56,938 bases of DNA from Flavobacteriaceae bacterium (GCA_030829155.1 JAURBD010000001.1:1-56938), one strand, 5' to 3'; counted from the stretch's first letter, positions 18,365-29,455 are shown. Numbers and translations are program-made. Notes: a model not told the origin generated them from the letters alone.

Positions 18365-19594
18365 TTAAATCACTTTCTCAGAGCATTTTAAGGTAATAAC
18401 CGTTATTTCTGGCCAAATCCCAACTCTTCCGGGATAAGCCAAAAAACCAAAGCCACGGTTGACATTGAGGTATTGTTTTGCTTGGTTATATACTCCTGCC
18501 CACTGTTTATAGCGCCATTTTACCGGGCTCCACTTAAACCACCCTGGGATTTCTATCCCAAACTGCATGCCGTGTGTATGCCCGCTTAAAGTAAGTTCAA
18601 AAGGATAAGGATGATCAATTACCTGAGCTTCCCAATGGGAAGGATCGTGAGTCATCAAAATCTTAAAATCATCAGAATCAACCTCAGAAACCGCTAAATT
18701 TAAGTCTCCCGCTTTTTTAAAACCTCCTTTGCCCCAATTTTCAACTCCTATCAACGCAATTCGTTTTCCTTCTTTTTCTATGAATTGAGCTTGATTCAAT
18801 AAAACTTGAAAACCCATTTTTTGTTGAGCTTCGATTAAATCTGTAAGGTTTTGCTTTTTTGCCTCATCAGACTTCCATTGAACATAGTCTCCATAGTCAT
18901 GATTCCCCAAAATAGAAAACTTTCCTTGTGGTGCTTCAAGAGAACCTAGTATATCTATCCAAGGGAAAACTTCACTGGCCTTATTATTTACCATATCTCC
19001 TGTAAACAGTATAACATCAGATTTTTGTTGATTGATTAGATCAATTCCATAAGACACTTTTTCTATATTATCAAAACTACCGCTATGAATATCCGAAATT
19101 TGGGTGAGTGTAAACCCATCAAACTCTTTAGGCAAGTTGTCAAATTTAAGAGTGTAGTTCAAAACTTTATAATTATACTTCCCCTTGTACATTCCATATA
19201 ATAACGAAACCAAAGGAACTGCTGCAATCCCAAGAGCAAGTTGGGATATAAATTTTCTTCGATCCGAAAAATAAGATGTTACATCACTTTTATTAAAAAA
19301 ACGGTAAATTGCTTGGAGAATTCTCACAATATCTTCAAAAAGTAAAAAAAAGATCAAAAAGGTTTGAAATACAAAGAGGGACAGAAATAAACCCAATGCT
19401 AAGCTGATCTGATGATTGAATCCTTCATCGCGGTTAAATGAAATACTTTGATAAGCAAAATTGGTCATAACCAACACCACAAAAATCCAATATAAAATTA
19501 GAAGGCTTTTTTGTTGAGTTAAGGTTTTGATTGCTTGAAAGGCATAAATACCATACAAGGAGAAAAAAATAATAAGGACAATCCAACGTAGCAT
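18365..19594 (-). CDS. Membrane-anchored metallophosphoesterase (YkuE/YaeI type)
   Basis: SDIH, TGDMVN, GNHD and SGHTH motifs; N-terminal TM helices. Confidence 0.92.
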   Translation of the reverse strand: MLRWIVLIIFFSLYGIYAFQAIKTLTQQKSLLILYWIFVVLVMTNFAYQSISFNRDEGFNHQISLALGLFLSLFVFQTFLIFFLLFEDIVRILQAIYRFFNKSDVTSYFSDRRKFISQLALGIAAVPLVSLLYGMYKGKYNYKVLNYTLKFDNLPKEFDGFTLTQISDIHSGSFDNIEKVSYGIDLINQQKSDVILFTGDMVNNKASEVFPWIDILGSLEAPQGKFSILGNHDYGDYVQWKSDEAKKQNLTDLIEAQQKMGFQVLLNQAQFIEKEGKRIALIGVENWGKGGFKKAGDLNLAVSEVDSDDFKILMTHDPSHWEAQVIDHPYPFELTLSGHTHGMQFGIEIPGWFKWSPVKWRYKQWAGVYNQAKQYLNVNRGFGFLAYPGRVGIWPEITVITLKCSEKVI

Positions 19595-19612
19595 AAAATA
19601 GTAAAATATGAG

Positions 19613-20932
19613 TTATTTGATTTTTTGTGAAAGTTCCATAGCTCTCCCATCTGAAAGGCTAGCAACGTAACAGGTAGCGTTGAGTAGCGTTTCGTACAAG
19701 CTTTTGGAAACAAAGGGGGTCCCTGCAGGGACCAATCGAAAAATAAGCTGGTCATAGGCATTGGCTTTCCCTCTGAATTCGTGAACTGCTGCAGTAGTAA
19801 ATGCTTCAAGCAGAGTGGTAATTACTTTATAACCTACAATTTCTTTTTGAAGTACCTCTGGAGATTGATATACTTTTTCTACACTCAAAGAAATAATATC
19901 ATCTATCTGAGCTTCGTGTTTACTTTTATCTAATAAAGCATGTGGGAAAGTTCCCCTTAAAATAGCTTCTTCATTTTTTATAAAGATGGCTACCGTTTCG
20001 TTTATAAGCCTGTTAATCGCCAAAGCTCTGAGATAGCTCATACGCTGGGGTGTATGTTTTAGAGAAGCATAAGTTTTTTTATCAATCGAATCTTTGACCA
20101 GATTAATAAGATACTCCAATGCGTAGGATTCTGAAATCCATCCCAGATTAATTCCATCCTCAAAGTCAATTATTGTGTAACAAATATCATCTGCTGCTTC
20201 AACTAAATATGCCAAAGGATGTCTATGATAAGTAGAAGAACCTTTTTGTAACCCCAAATCTTTGGCAAGGATACCAAAATCTGAGGTTTGGGTTTGGAAA
20301 AAACCAAACTTTTTATCTGCTACGTGTTTTGTTGGTTTATGAGGCAACGAGGCTTTAGGGTATTTCATGTATGCCCCTAGGGTAGCTGTACTGAGTCGCA
20401 AACCTCCTGGGACACCTTCCAAAGATTGGCACAAGATTTTAAAACCATTTGCGTTTCCTTCAAATTTACATAAGTCTTCATATTCTAGCGGACTCAACTC
20501 ACTTTTATAAGCTGTTCCAAGTCCAGAGGAAAAGAAATGACCGATAGCTTTTTCACCACTATGACCAAAAGGTGGATTTCCAATATCATGTGCCAATGCT
20601 GCTGCCGCTACAATTGCTCCAAAATCATTAGATTGATAACCGTGAATTTGATATAAATGGGGGTGTTTCTCTAAAATAGCTTTTCCAGCTAACCTACCGA
20701 GGCTTCGTGCAACAACAGAAACTTCTAAACTGTGAGTAAGTCGAGTGTGAACAAAATCTGTTTTTGAAAACGGAATTACCTGGGTTTTATCCTGTAAACT
20801 CCTAAATGCAGCAGAAAAAACAATTCTATCATAGTCAACCTCAAAACCCAAACGGGTTTCATCTTGTTCATTTCTCAATCTTTTTGTTTTGTCTCCATGG
20901 CGCTGTAAGGATAAAAGCTGCTCCCAATTCAT
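19613..20932 (-). CDS. dgt: dGTP triphosphohydrolase
   Basis: LQDKTQV, HTRLTHSLEV, AHDIGNPPFGHSGE, FEGNA, EAADDICY. Confidence 0.95.
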   Translation of the reverse strand: MNWEQLLSLQRHGDKTKRLRNEQDETRLGFEVDYDRIVFSAAFRSLQDKTQVIPFSKTDFVHTRLTHSLEVSVVARSLGRLAGKAILEKHPHLYQIHGYQSNDFGAIVAAAALAHDIGNPPFGHSGEKAIGHFFSSGLGTAYKSELSPLEYEDLCKFEGNANGFKILCQSLEGVPGGLRLSTATLGAYMKYPKASLPHKPTKHVADKKFGFFQTQTSDFGILAKDLGLQKGSSTYHRHPLAYLVEAADDICYTIIDFEDGINLGWISESYALEYLINLVKDSIDKKTYASLKHTPQRMSYLRALAINRLINETVAIFIKNEEAILRGTFPHALLDKSKHEAQIDDIISLSVEKVYQSPEVLQKEIVGYKVITTLLEAFTTAAVHEFRGKANAYDQLIFRLVPAGTPFVSKSLYETLLNATCYVASLSDGRAMELSQKIK

Positions 20933-20982
20933 ACGTTATTTTTAAGTAAAAATAAGAAGTTTTTGAAGAGTAAACTATCAAT

Positions 20983-21062
20983 GTTAAATCATAGTTAAGT
21001 AAATTTATTGTTATTTCACATTGGGTTAATATTTAATGAACTTCATTTAACTTTCAAGTAAA
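20983..21062. promoter_or_regulatory. 11-bp-spaced GTTAA/TTAAC repeats, putative PhoB/OmpR-type boxes
   Basis: GTTAA at 20983 and 20994; TTAAC at 21047 and GTAAA at 21058; upstream of the phosphate porin-transporter pair. Confidence 0.35.
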
Positions 21063-21113
21063 ACCAAAGTATAGTTGATGACATAAATTTGTTTTATAAT
21101 TAACAACAAAAAA

Positions 21114-22340
21114 ATGAAGACTAACTACAAAATGCAATTATTAAAAATTTACACAACTGTTGTCATCTCAATATTATTTATTAGCATGATTAATGGACAA
21201 GAAGTCAGTGCACCAAAATTTGGGAAAGGGCTTATCAATATTTCAGGAAAAGACAGTACCTTTAGTATGAATTTCAGTGCGCGTATGCAATATTTGACCT
21301 CTTCAACTTGGACCGAAACAGACGATTCTTTCGGAAGTCCTGAATCGAATTTTTTGGTTCGACGTTCGCGATTAAAATTCAAAGGATTTGCTTACAATCC
21401 AAAACTTACTTACAATATCGAATTGGGGTTATCTAACCGAGATATTTCGGGGGCTTCAGAATTTACGAGTAATGCTCCGCGCTACATTCTTAATGCTTTC
21501 ATTCGTTGGAATTTTTACAAAAATTTTACGCTTCAAGCAGGTCAAGGTAAATTACCTGGAAATATCGAACGTGTTATTTCTTCTGGTAACTTAGCATTGG
21601 TTGATCGTTCTTTGTTGAACAGCAAATTCAATATTGATCGTGATTTAGGAATTCAACTTCGGCATCATTTTACACTTGCTGGGAACTTTATTGTAAAAGA
21701 AAGGTTCGCTATCTCACAAGGAGAAGGACGAAACGTTACAAAAGGGAATTTGGGTGGACATCAATACACTTCGCGAGTTGAGTTTTTACCTTTTGGGGAA
21801 TTTACAAAAAAGGGAGATTACAGTGGAGCGGATCTATTGCGAGAACAAACTCCAAAACTCATGGTAGGTATTGTTTATGATCAAAATACTAATGCGGTAA
21901 AAACAAGAAGCAATATGGGTAGTTACATAACAACAAATGAGGGTTTTTATCAAACAGATATTAATACCTTATTTATTGATACTCATTTCAAGTATCGTGG
22001 TTTTTCAATTATGGGAGAATATGCTGACCGAAAAGCAGATGATCCAATCGCAAAAAATGAAGATGGAACCTTTACAGGAGATGTTATTAATGTAGGAAAA
22101 GCTATTAATCTTCAAATGGGATATGTTTTACCTTCAAATATTGCAATTACTGGACGTTATACCAACGTGAAATTCGATGAAATTGTTTCCTCAAAAAATG
22201 ACATTACCCAATACACCTTTGGGGTATCAAAATACGTAGCAAAACATAAACTGAAAATACAAACCGATGCCACTTATGAAAATACGGTTGCCTCAAACAA
22301 TAAAATTATTTATCGTTTACAATTCGATATTCACTTCTAA
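21114..22340 (+). CDS. Phosphate-selective porin (OprO/OprP family)
   Basis: Signal peptide, RRSRLKF.G, ERVISSG.L..VDRS, DRDLGIQ, C-terminal Phe (RLQFDIHF). Confidence 0.85.
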   Translation: MKTNYKMQLLKIYTTVVISILFISMINGQEVSAPKFGKGLINISGKDSTFSMNFSARMQYLTSSTWTETDDSFGSPESNFLVRRSRLKFKGFAYNPKLTYNIELGLSNRDISGASEFTSNAPRYILNAFIRWNFYKNFTLQAGQGKLPGNIERVISSGNLALVDRSLLNSKFNIDRDLGIQLRHHFTLAGNFIVKERFAISQGEGRNVTKGNLGGHQYTSRVEFLPFGEFTKKGDYSGADLLREQTPKLMVGIVYDQNTNAVKTRSNMGSYITTNEGFYQTDINTLFIDTHFKYRGFSIMGEYADRKADDPIAKNEDGTFTGDVINVGKAINLQMGYVLPSNIAITGRYTNVKFDEIVSSKNDITQYTFGVSKYVAKHKLKIQTDATYENTVASNNKIIYRLQFDIHF

Positions 22341-22351
22341 AATTTATAACT

Positions 22352-24625
22352 ATGGATAATATTTATGTGATACTTGTTGCAGTCTTGGCAATCTTAGCCA
22401 TTGGAGACTTGATTGTTGGAGTAAGTAACGATGCAGTTAATTTTCTGAATTCAGCTGTTGGCTCCAAAGCAATCTCCTTCAAAACAATTATGATTCTTGC
22501 CAGTCTCGGAGTAGCCTGTGGTGCTTTATTTTCAAGTGGTCTCATGGAAGTTGCTCGAAAGGGTATTTTCAATCCAGGAGAATTTTACTTTGATGAAATT
22601 ATTTTGATTTTTACAGCTGTAATGCTTACCGATATTTTACTCCTCGATTTTTTTAATACACTAGGGATGCCTACATCTACAACAGTCTCGATTGTATTTA
22701 CTTTATTGGGAGCTGCAGTATTTATGTCCATCATAAAGATTAGTCAAGGTTCAGGTGATTTTGGTGATATTGTTAATTACATCAACACCAAAAAAGCAAC
22801 ACAAATCATTTTTGGTATTCTGCTCTCAGTAATAGTTGCCCTGACCATAGGAGCGATAGTTCAGTGGTTTTCAAGGCTGTTTTTGACTTATGAATTTGAA
22901 AAGAAAGCCATGTGGGTAAGTGCTCTTTTTGGAGGTATTGCTCTTTCAGCAATTACATATTTCATCTTAATGAAAGGTATTAAAGGAACACCCTATGCAA
23001 GTTTGAAATTTGACCTTATTGGTGGAATGAAAATTAAAGATTTTCTAGAAACTGAGGTATTGAAAGTGTCCGTTATAAACTTCTTATTTTGGTTTGGTAT
23101 TTCCTTTTTGGCTATCAAAGTTTTAAAGGCAAATATTTACAAAATCATCATCGGTACAGGAACATTTGGTTTAGCCCTAGCCTTTGCTGGAAATGACCTT
23201 GTGAACTTTATCGGTGTTCCTATTGCAGCATATCAATCCTATGAGGCTTGGGCTGCTTCTGGGGCAGTTGCTTCAGAATTCAGCATGGGAGTTTTATCTT
23301 CTAAAGTTCCTACTCCTCCGATATTACTAATCTTATCGGGAGGTATTATGGTAGTTACCCTATGGTTATCTACCAAAGCAAAAAAAGTAATGAAAACGGA
23401 GCTAGACCTCTCCGATCAAAACACCATTAAAGAACGTTTCCAACCCAACTTATTATCCAAAGGAATCGTGAAAATATCTCAACTTTTGGGTAACGGTTTC
23501 AACAAAATTTTACCCGCAACAGTTGTAAGCTCCATAGATAAACAGTTTTCAAATACCAATATTGCATTAAAAAATCAAAACGATAAAGATGCACCTTCCT
23601 TTGACATGTTGAGGGCTTCAATAAATTTAGTCGTTGCTTCCATCTTGATTTCAATAGCAACTTCTTACAAACTTCCCCTATCAACAACCTATGTAACCTT
23701 TATGGTAGCAATGGGAACTTCGCTTGCCGATCGAGCTTGGAAAAGAGATAGTGCCGTTTATCGCGTTGCTGGAGTATTAAATGTGATTGGAGGGTGGTTT
23801 TTAACTGCAATCACTGCCTTTTTAGTTTCTGGAGTTATCGTTACGCTAATTTACTTGGGTGGTGCTCAAGCAATTGCTATAATTTTATTCATAATTCTGA
23901 TAATTATTGGGAAAAACTACCTAAAGCACAAAAATGAAAACGCTGACTTAATTGACCTCGATAGTTTAGTGAAATATGAAAGTAAGTCCATCAAAGGGGT
24001 TATGGAAGAAAGCACCAAAAATGTAATCAAAGTTTTCAAACGTATTGATAAAATATATACTTCTCTTGCGTCAGGTTTATCAAAACACGACAAATCAGAA
24101 CTTAAGAAAGCAAAGAAAAACATCAACCGATTGTCAAATGATATCGACAAATTAAGAGAAAACGTTTTTTACTTCATCAAAAACTTAGAAGAATCGAGTT
24201 TGTCGGCAAGCAACTTTTATATTGTAATTCTTAGCCTGATAAATGACCTTGCAGATGATCTAGAATATATTGTAAAGAAAAGTTACAAGCATATCAATAA
24301 TGATCATTCAAAATTGAAATTGAGCCAAGTCCGAGACCTTCAAGAAATTCATGAAATTTCTAAATCAACTTTTCAAAATGCAATGGAGACTTTCCAAAAC
24401 AATTCCACTGTCGAATTAATATCAATTCTAAATCGAAAAGATGAGGTAATGAATGTTTTGGATCAGAAAATCAATGCTCAAATTGAACGAACTCGTAATG
24501 AAGAAACGAGTCCAAAAAACACCGTCCTTTATTTTAATATCCTATTAAAAACAAAGGAGTTGTATTCAAACAAATTGAATATTATTAAGTTGTTTTTAGA
24601 TAACACAAGAAAAACAGAATCGTAG
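22352..24625 (+). CDS. Inorganic phosphate transporter (Pit/PHO4 family) with a PhoU-like helical C-terminus
   Basis: GVSNDAVNF, GMPTSTT, AGNDLVNFIG, LPLSTTYV. Confidence 0.92.
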   Translation: MDNIYVILVAVLAILAIGDLIVGVSNDAVNFLNSAVGSKAISFKTIMILASLGVACGALFSSGLMEVARKGIFNPGEFYFDEIILIFTAVMLTDILLLDFFNTLGMPTSTTVSIVFTLLGAAVFMSIIKISQGSGDFGDIVNYINTKKATQIIFGILLSVIVALTIGAIVQWFSRLFLTYEFEKKAMWVSALFGGIALSAITYFILMKGIKGTPYASLKFDLIGGMKIKDFLETEVLKVSVINFLFWFGISFLAIKVLKANIYKIIIGTGTFGLALAFAGNDLVNFIGVPIAAYQSYEAWAASGAVASEFSMGVLSSKVPTPPILLILSGGIMVVTLWLSTKAKKVMKTELDLSDQNTIKERFQPNLLSKGIVKISQLLGNGFNKILPATVVSSIDKQFSNTNIALKNQNDKDAPSFDMLRASINLVVASILISIATSYKLPLSTTYVTFMVAMGTSLADRAWKRDSAVYRVAGVLNVIGGWFLTAITAFLVSGVIVTLIYLGGAQAIAIILFIILIIIGKNYLKHKNENADLIDLDSLVKYESKSIKGVMEESTKNVIKVFKRIDKIYTSLASGLSKHDKSELKKAKKNINRLSNDIDKLRENVFYFIKNLEESSLSASNFYIVILSLINDLADDLEYIVKKSYKHINNDHSKLKLSQVRDLQEIHEISKSTFQNAMETFQNNSTVELISILNRKDEVMNVLDQKINAQIERTRNEETSPKNTVLYFNILLKTKELYSNKLNIIKLFLDNTRKTES

Positions 24626-24636
24626 TTGTTAGTTAA

Positions 24637-24672
24637 AAAAAAATTCCTTGTGAATGCACAAGGAATTTTTTT
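24637..24672. terminator. Bidirectional intrinsic terminator
   Basis: AAAAAAATTCCTTGTG-aatg-CACAAGGAATTTTTTT between convergent genes. Confidence 0.9.
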
Positions 24673-24692
24673 ATTAGTATTGAACGTTCTGA

Positions 24693-24978
24693 TTAACGTT
24701 GCTTAACAAATTTAGTTTGTTCTTGCCAAGTAACTTTTTTTAAAAATTTGTTTGATTTGAAATCAACTTGAGTAAGACCGCCTGTTTGATCCCAAAATAG
24801 CCATGTCCCATCACGTTTACCTTTGTTGTAATTTGCTATGGAAATATTTTTTCCTTCAGATGAATAACTAACCCATTTTCCAGGAGGTTTATTATTCTTC
24901 AAATATTCTTCTTGAGATATTTCACCATTATTATGATATTCGGTTATCTTCACAACATTACCTTCTTTTACAAAAAAA
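24693..24978 (-). pseudogene. 5'-truncated MORN-variant repeat (YwqK-like) protein gene
   Basis: FVKEGNVVKITEYHNNGEISQEEYLKNNKPPGKWVSY...NYNKGKRDGTWLFW. The frame runs back into the nrdA terminator with no ATG or signal peptide. It could still be expressed from GTG 24953. Confidence 0.55.
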
Positions 24979-24999
24979 CTCCATCGTAAAATGGAGTTT
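24972..24999 (-). terminator. nrdA terminator
   Basis: Minus strand AAACTCCAT-tttacg-ATGGAGTTT followed by TTTT, ~20 nt after the nrdA stop. Confidence 0.85.
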
Positions 25000-25020
25000 A
25001 TTTAGTTGGTTATTATATTT

Positions 25021-27489
25021 TTAAGACCCGCACATGAGGCAGTCATCTCCTTCATTTTCTTTGGATTGTTCCAACATTGATTTAAGTTCAGCTTGAGTTA
25101 AAGGTTCAACTGGAACAGCTGCCGCAGCGAGTTTACCCTTTGGTTTTGTTGATGCTGCTTTAGAGCTGGCATCAGCACTAATCCCTTCGGCTGCAACCAA
25201 TGCTGGTTCTTCTTTCTTCTCTTCTCTATCTAATGTAAATTTGATTGCATCTACTGCTGACTTGGTTCTCAGATAGTACATCCCTGTTTTTAATCCTGAC
25301 TTCCAGGCATAGAAATGCATTGAGGTCAATTTAGCCATCGTTGCTCCTTCCATGAAAAGATTTAAAGATTGTGATTGGTCAATAAAATAACCTCGTTGAC
25401 GCGACATATCAATAATGTCTTTCATACTCATTTCCCAAACCGTCTTGTACAATTCTTTGATGTCTTCAGGGATCCCTTTGATATTTTGAATGGATCCATT
25501 AGCACGCATCAGTTCTTGTTTCATATCCTCAGTCCAAAGACCTAAATCAACAAGATCTTCTAGTAGGTGTTTATTTACAACAATGAATTCTCCTGAGAGC
25601 ACACGACGAGTGTATATGTTGGAAGTGTATGGCTCAAAACACTCATTATTTCCTAGAATTTGAGAGGTAGATGCTGTTGGCATTGGAGCTACCAACAAAG
25701 AGTTACGAACACCGTGCTTTTTCACTTTTTTTCTTAAACTAGCCCAATCCCAACGGCCGCTAAGTTCCTCATCTTTGATTCCCCACATGTTGTGTTGGAA
25801 TTCTCCCTTAGACATCGGTGAACCTTTATACGATTTATAAGGACCATCTTTTTCTGCTTCTTCCATTGAAGCAGTCACCGCGGCAAAATAAAGCGTTTCA
25901 AAAATTTCTTGATTCAATTGTTTTGCTTCATCGGAGGTAAAAGGTAAACGCAGTTGGATGAAAGCATCTGCAAGACCTTGAACCCCGAGTCCAACAGGAC
26001 GGTGACGCATATTTGAGTTTTCTGCCTCTGGAACTGGGTAATAATTGCGATCTATTACTCTGTTTAGATTTACCGTTACTTGCTTAGTTACCCGAAATAA
26101 CTCATCGTGGTCAAAAGCCCCATTAGTTACAAACATGGGCAGAGCTATTGATGCTAAATTACAAACGGCAACCTCATCTGGAGCAGTATATTCGATAATT
26201 TCGGTACATAAGTTTGAAGATCGAATTGTTCCTAAATTCTTCTGATTCGATTTTCGATTAGCCGCATCTTTGTAAAGCATGTAAGGAGTACCCGTTTCTA
26301 TTTGAGATTCTAGAATTTTCTCCCATAATTCCCTTGCACGAATTGTTTTTCTTCCTTTCCCTGCTTCTTCGTATTTTAAATAAAGTTCATCAAATTGATC
26401 GCTGTGATGATTGAAAAGATCTGGACATTCGTTTGGACACATAAGCGTCCAAGTACTGTCTTGCTCTACGCGCTTCATAAATAAGTCAGGAACCCACATA
26501 GCAAAAAACAAGTCTCGTGCACGCATTTCTTCTTTTCCGTGATTTTTCTTTAAATCTAAAAAATCGAAAATATCAGCATGCCATGGTTCAATGTAGATTG
26601 CAAATGATCCTTTACGTTTTCCACCCCCTTGATCTACATAACGGGCAGTATCATTGAATACCCTGAGCATCGGTACAATACCATTTGAGGTACCATTTGT
26701 TCCAGCAATGTATGATCCTGTAGCTCGAACGTTGTGAATAGATAGACCAATACCCCCTGCAGACTGGGAAATTTTCGCAGTTTGCTTTAAGGTGTCATAT
26801 ATTCCATCAATACTATCGTCTTTCATGGTTAATAAAAAACAGGAAGACATTTGTGGTTTTGGTGTACCGGAATTAAAAAGCGTTGGAGTTGCATGTGTAA
26901 AATAACGCTTAGACATCATTTCATAAGTTTCGATTGCTGCATCCAAATCATCAATGTGAATACCAATGGAAACTCGCATTAACATATGCTGTGGACGTTC
27001 GGCAATAACTCCATTTAATTTAAGAAGATAAGAACGCTCTAAAGTTTTAAACCCAAAGAAATCATAACCAAAATCGCGGTTGTAGATAATGCTTGAATCG
27101 AGTTTTTCAGCGTTATCCTGAATCACCTTGTAAACCTCATCGGACAATAAAGGTGCTTTTTTTTCTGTTCTTGGATTTACATATTCGTATAAGTCTTTCA
27201 TCGTTTCGGAAAACAATTTTTTGGTATTCTTGTGGAGATTCGATACTGAAATACGTGCTGCAAGTTTCGCATAATCGGGATGCGTTGTAGTCATTGTAGC
27301 AGCAATTTCTGAAGCTAAATTGTCCAACTCCGAAGTTGTAACTCCATCATAAAGTCCTTCGATTACTCGCATAGCAACTCGAACTGGATCAACTAAAGGA
27401 TTCAATTCATAACAAAGTTTTTTTACTCTAGCTGTGATTTTATCGAACATTATGGGCTCTCGATGCCCATCTCTTTTGACTACATACAT
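25021..27489 (-). CDS. nrdA: Class Ia ribonucleoside-diphosphate reductase alpha subunit
   Basis: N-terminal ATP cone, [24 protein letters not shown]-terminal CLMC. Confidence 0.98.
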   Translation of the reverse strand: MYVVKRDGHREPIMFDKITARVKKLCYELNPLVDPVRVAMRVIEGLYDGVTTSELDNLASEIAATMTTTHPDYAKLAARISVSNLHKNTKKLFSETMKDLYEYVNPRTEKKAPLLSDEVYKVIQDNAEKLDSSIIYNRDFGYDFFGFKTLERSYLLKLNGVIAERPQHMLMRVSIGIHIDDLDAAIETYEMMSKRYFTHATPTLFNSGTPKPQMSSCFLLTMKDDSIDGIYDTLKQTAKISQSAGGIGLSIHNVRATGSYIAGTNGTSNGIVPMLRVFNDTARYVDQGGGKRKGSFAIYIEPWHADIFDFLDLKKNHGKEEMRARDLFFAMWVPDLFMKRVEQDSTWTLMCPNECPDLFNHHSDQFDELYLKYEEAGKGRKTIRARELWEKILESQIETGTPYMLYKDAANRKSNQKNLGTIRSSNLCTEIIEYTAPDEVAVCNLASIALPMFVTNGAFDHDELFRVTKQVTVNLNRVIDRNYYPVPEAENSNMRHRPVGLGVQGLADAFIQLRLPFTSDEAKQLNQEIFETLYFAAVTASMEEAEKDGPYKSYKGSPMSKGEFQHNMWGIKDEELSGRWDWASLRKKVKKHGVRNSLLVAPMPTASTSQILGNNECFEPYTSNIYTRRVLSGEFIVVNKHLLEDLVDLGLWTEDMKQELMRANGSIQNIKGIPEDIKELYKTVWEMSMKDIIDMSRQRGYFIDQSQSLNLFMEGATMAKLTSMHFYAWKSGLKTGMYYLRTKSAVDAIKFTLDREEKKEEPALVAAEGISADASSKAASTKPKGKLAAAAVPVEPLTQAELKSMLEQSKENEGDDCLMCGS

Positions 27490-27597
27490 TGTTTGCTTGC
27501 GATTTAAATTTTATATAGAGGGGTCTACAAAGACCCTTAATCAGGTTGTTTGTTTTTGGGGTTGAGGCATAGATATTAAGCAGGGTTAACTGAATTA

Positions 27598-28587
27598 CTA
27601 GAAATCAGCATCAAAACTGATCTTAGTTTCTTGATCTTCTTGGTTGAGCACTCCTGCTTTTTGATATTCTGACACTCGTTTTTCAAAGAAATTTGTTTTT
27701 CCCTGAAGTGATATCATATCCATAAAATCGAATGGATTGGTTACATTAAATTGCTTATCACAGCCTAACTCTTGTAACAACCGATCGGTTACAAACTCCA
27801 GATACTGCGTCATCAATTTCGCATTCATTCCAATCAGACTTACTGGAAGAGATTCAGTAACAAATTCTCTTTCGATGTTGAGTGCATCAATAATAATTTC
27901 TTCAATACGCTCTTTGGGAACTTTATTAACCAAATGGTTATTATGCAGATGAACTGCAAAATCACAATGGACTCCTTCATCTCTAGAAATCAACTCATTT
28001 GAAAAAGTAAGCCCTGGCATAAGACCTCTCTTCTTCAGCCAATAAATAGAACAAAATGCTCCTGAAAAGAAAATCCCTTCAACAGCGGCAAATGCAATTA
28101 AACGTTCAGCAAATGAATCCGACTCAATCCATTTGAGTGCCCATTTTGCTTTCTTCTGAATAGCTGGAAAAACGTCAATCGCTTGAAACAATTGATTTTT
28201 CTCTTGCTCATCTTTTACATAAGTATCGATTAGTAAAGAATATGTTTCTGAATGAATATTCTCCATCATGATTTGAAAACCATAGAAAAACTTAGCTTCT
28301 GAGTATTGAACTTCATTGACAAAATTTTCAGCTAAATTTTCATTTACAATTCCATCTGAAGCAGCGAAAAAAGCTAAAATATGTTTTATAAAGTACTTTT
28401 CATCTTTATTCAACTTGGTTTCCCAGTCGGTTAAATCTTGGTGTAAATCAATTTCTTCTGCAGTCCAAAAACTAGCCTCCATCTTCTTATACCATTCCCA
28501 AATATCATGATGTTCAATTGGAAAAATTACAAATCTATTTTTATTTTCTTGAAGGATGGGTTCTACTGCTTTTGTCATATTCGTCAT
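27598..28587 (-). CDS. nrdB: Class Ia ribonucleoside-diphosphate reductase beta subunit
   Basis: [42 protein letters not shown]. Confidence 0.98.
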   Translation of the reverse strand: MTNMTKAVEPILQENKNRFVIFPIEHHDIWEWYKKMEASFWTAEEIDLHQDLTDWETKLNKDEKYFIKHILAFFAASDGIVNENLAENFVNEVQYSEAKFFYGFQIMMENIHSETYSLLIDTYVKDEQEKNQLFQAIDVFPAIQKKAKWALKWIESDSFAERLIAFAAVEGIFFSGAFCSIYWLKKRGLMPGLTFSNELISRDEGVHCDFAVHLHNNHLVNKVPKERIEEIIIDALNIEREFVTESLPVSLIGMNAKLMTQYLEFVTDRLLQELGCDKQFNVTNPFDFMDMISLQGKTNFFEKRVSEYQKAGVLNQEDQETKISFDADF

Positions 28588-28658
28588 TAATAAATTTATG
28601 TGCTTCTATTTTCTTTCTTACAAAGATTGAAAATTGTTGTGATAAATGAAAGCCATAA

Positions 28659-28667
28659 TTATTCACA
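28659..28667 (+). promoter_or_regulatory. DnaA box (TTATTCACA) in the nrdBA promoter region
   Basis: Exact match to TTWTNCACA; second degenerate box TTTTTAACA at 28679-28687. Confidence 0.55.
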
Positions 28668-28797
28668 ATGAAGCTTAGTTTTTAACAAAAAACACAAAAA
28701 AGAGTAAAAAAAAGAAAAAATGTGTTTTATTTAAAAGGTTGATAGTCAATTATTTAAAAACTAATAAATGGGTTGAGCCCTTGTAAACATTGAATTA

Positions 28798-29367
28798 TTA
28801 AGAAAAGTTTTTTTTTGCAACTTGATCCAATTCATTGTACCAGTCTTCTCCAAATTTTCTGATGAGTGCATCTTTAACAAATTTATATATCGGGATTTTT
28901 AGTTGAGCACCTAAAGAACACGCTGTATCACAAATTTGCCAATGATGATAATTAACTGCACTAAATTCATTGTATTTTTGAACTCTTACGGGATACAAAT
29001 GACAGGATACCGGTTTTTTCCAATCCAACTTTCCATCTTTGTGTGCATTTTCAATACCGCACTGTGCAACTCCTTTGTCTGTAAATACCGTATAGGCACA
29101 TTCTTTACCATTTACCAGAGGGGTTTCCCATTCTCCATGAAAGCCTTCGATGAATTTTCCTTGTTCTTTTATTGCTGCTTTTCCTTCTGAATTTAAATAA
29201 GGTGCAATATTGTCATAATTATCTTCAAGAATTTGAAGTTCTTCTTTTTCTAGAGGGGCGCCTGCCTCGCCTTGGACACAACAAGCCCCTTTACATTGAG
29301 AAATATTGCATACAAAATCACGATCCAAGAGATCTTCGGAGACTAATGTTTTTCCTATTTGTAGCAT
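28798..29367 (-). CDS. DUF3109 family Cys-rich protein
   Basis: FVCNISQCKGACCVQGEAGAPL, KPVSCHLYPVR, ALIRKFG. Confidence 0.88.
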   Translation of the reverse strand: MLQIGKTLVSEDLLDRDFVCNISQCKGACCVQGEAGAPLEKEELQILEDNYDNIAPYLNSEGKAAIKEQGKFIEGFHGEWETPLVNGKECAYTVFTDKGVAQCGIENAHKDGKLDWKKPVSCHLYPVRVQKYNEFSAVNYHHWQICDTACSLGAQLKIPIYKFVKDALIRKFGEDWYNELDQVAKKNFS

Positions 29368-29455
29368 ATTTCAAAGATACGAAGGTTATTGTCAAAAAAG
29401 AAGCTGTTTAAATCTAAAAATAATCAAGAAAAAAAGTACTTTCGCAAAAAAAAAA

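Noticed and set aside
19613-20932. dGTPase (with the dCMP deaminase at 31914) as a nucleotide-depletion anti-phage system
   Set aside because: Both look like housekeeping forms in core-gene context, lie 11 kb apart, and have no defence genes nearby; the deaminase lacks the kinase-like domain of the defence type
24693-24953. YwqK-like antitoxin of a toxin-antitoxin pair
   Set aside because: There is no adjacent toxin, MORN-variant repeats are generic, and the gene appears truncated
27520-27538. Hairpin GGGTCT-acaa-AGACCC between nrdB and nrdA as a riboswitch
   Set aside because: It is a single short stem with no recognisable aptamer; at most an mRNA stability or processing element
29306-29455. 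N-terminal extensions from TTG/GTG starts in the track (MarC here; also 13287, 18348, 42486, 42621, 43876, 56284)
   Set aside because: These starts overlap neighbouring genes or fall inside TAnnTTTG promoter elements or an operator; downstream ATG/GTG starts fit the families better
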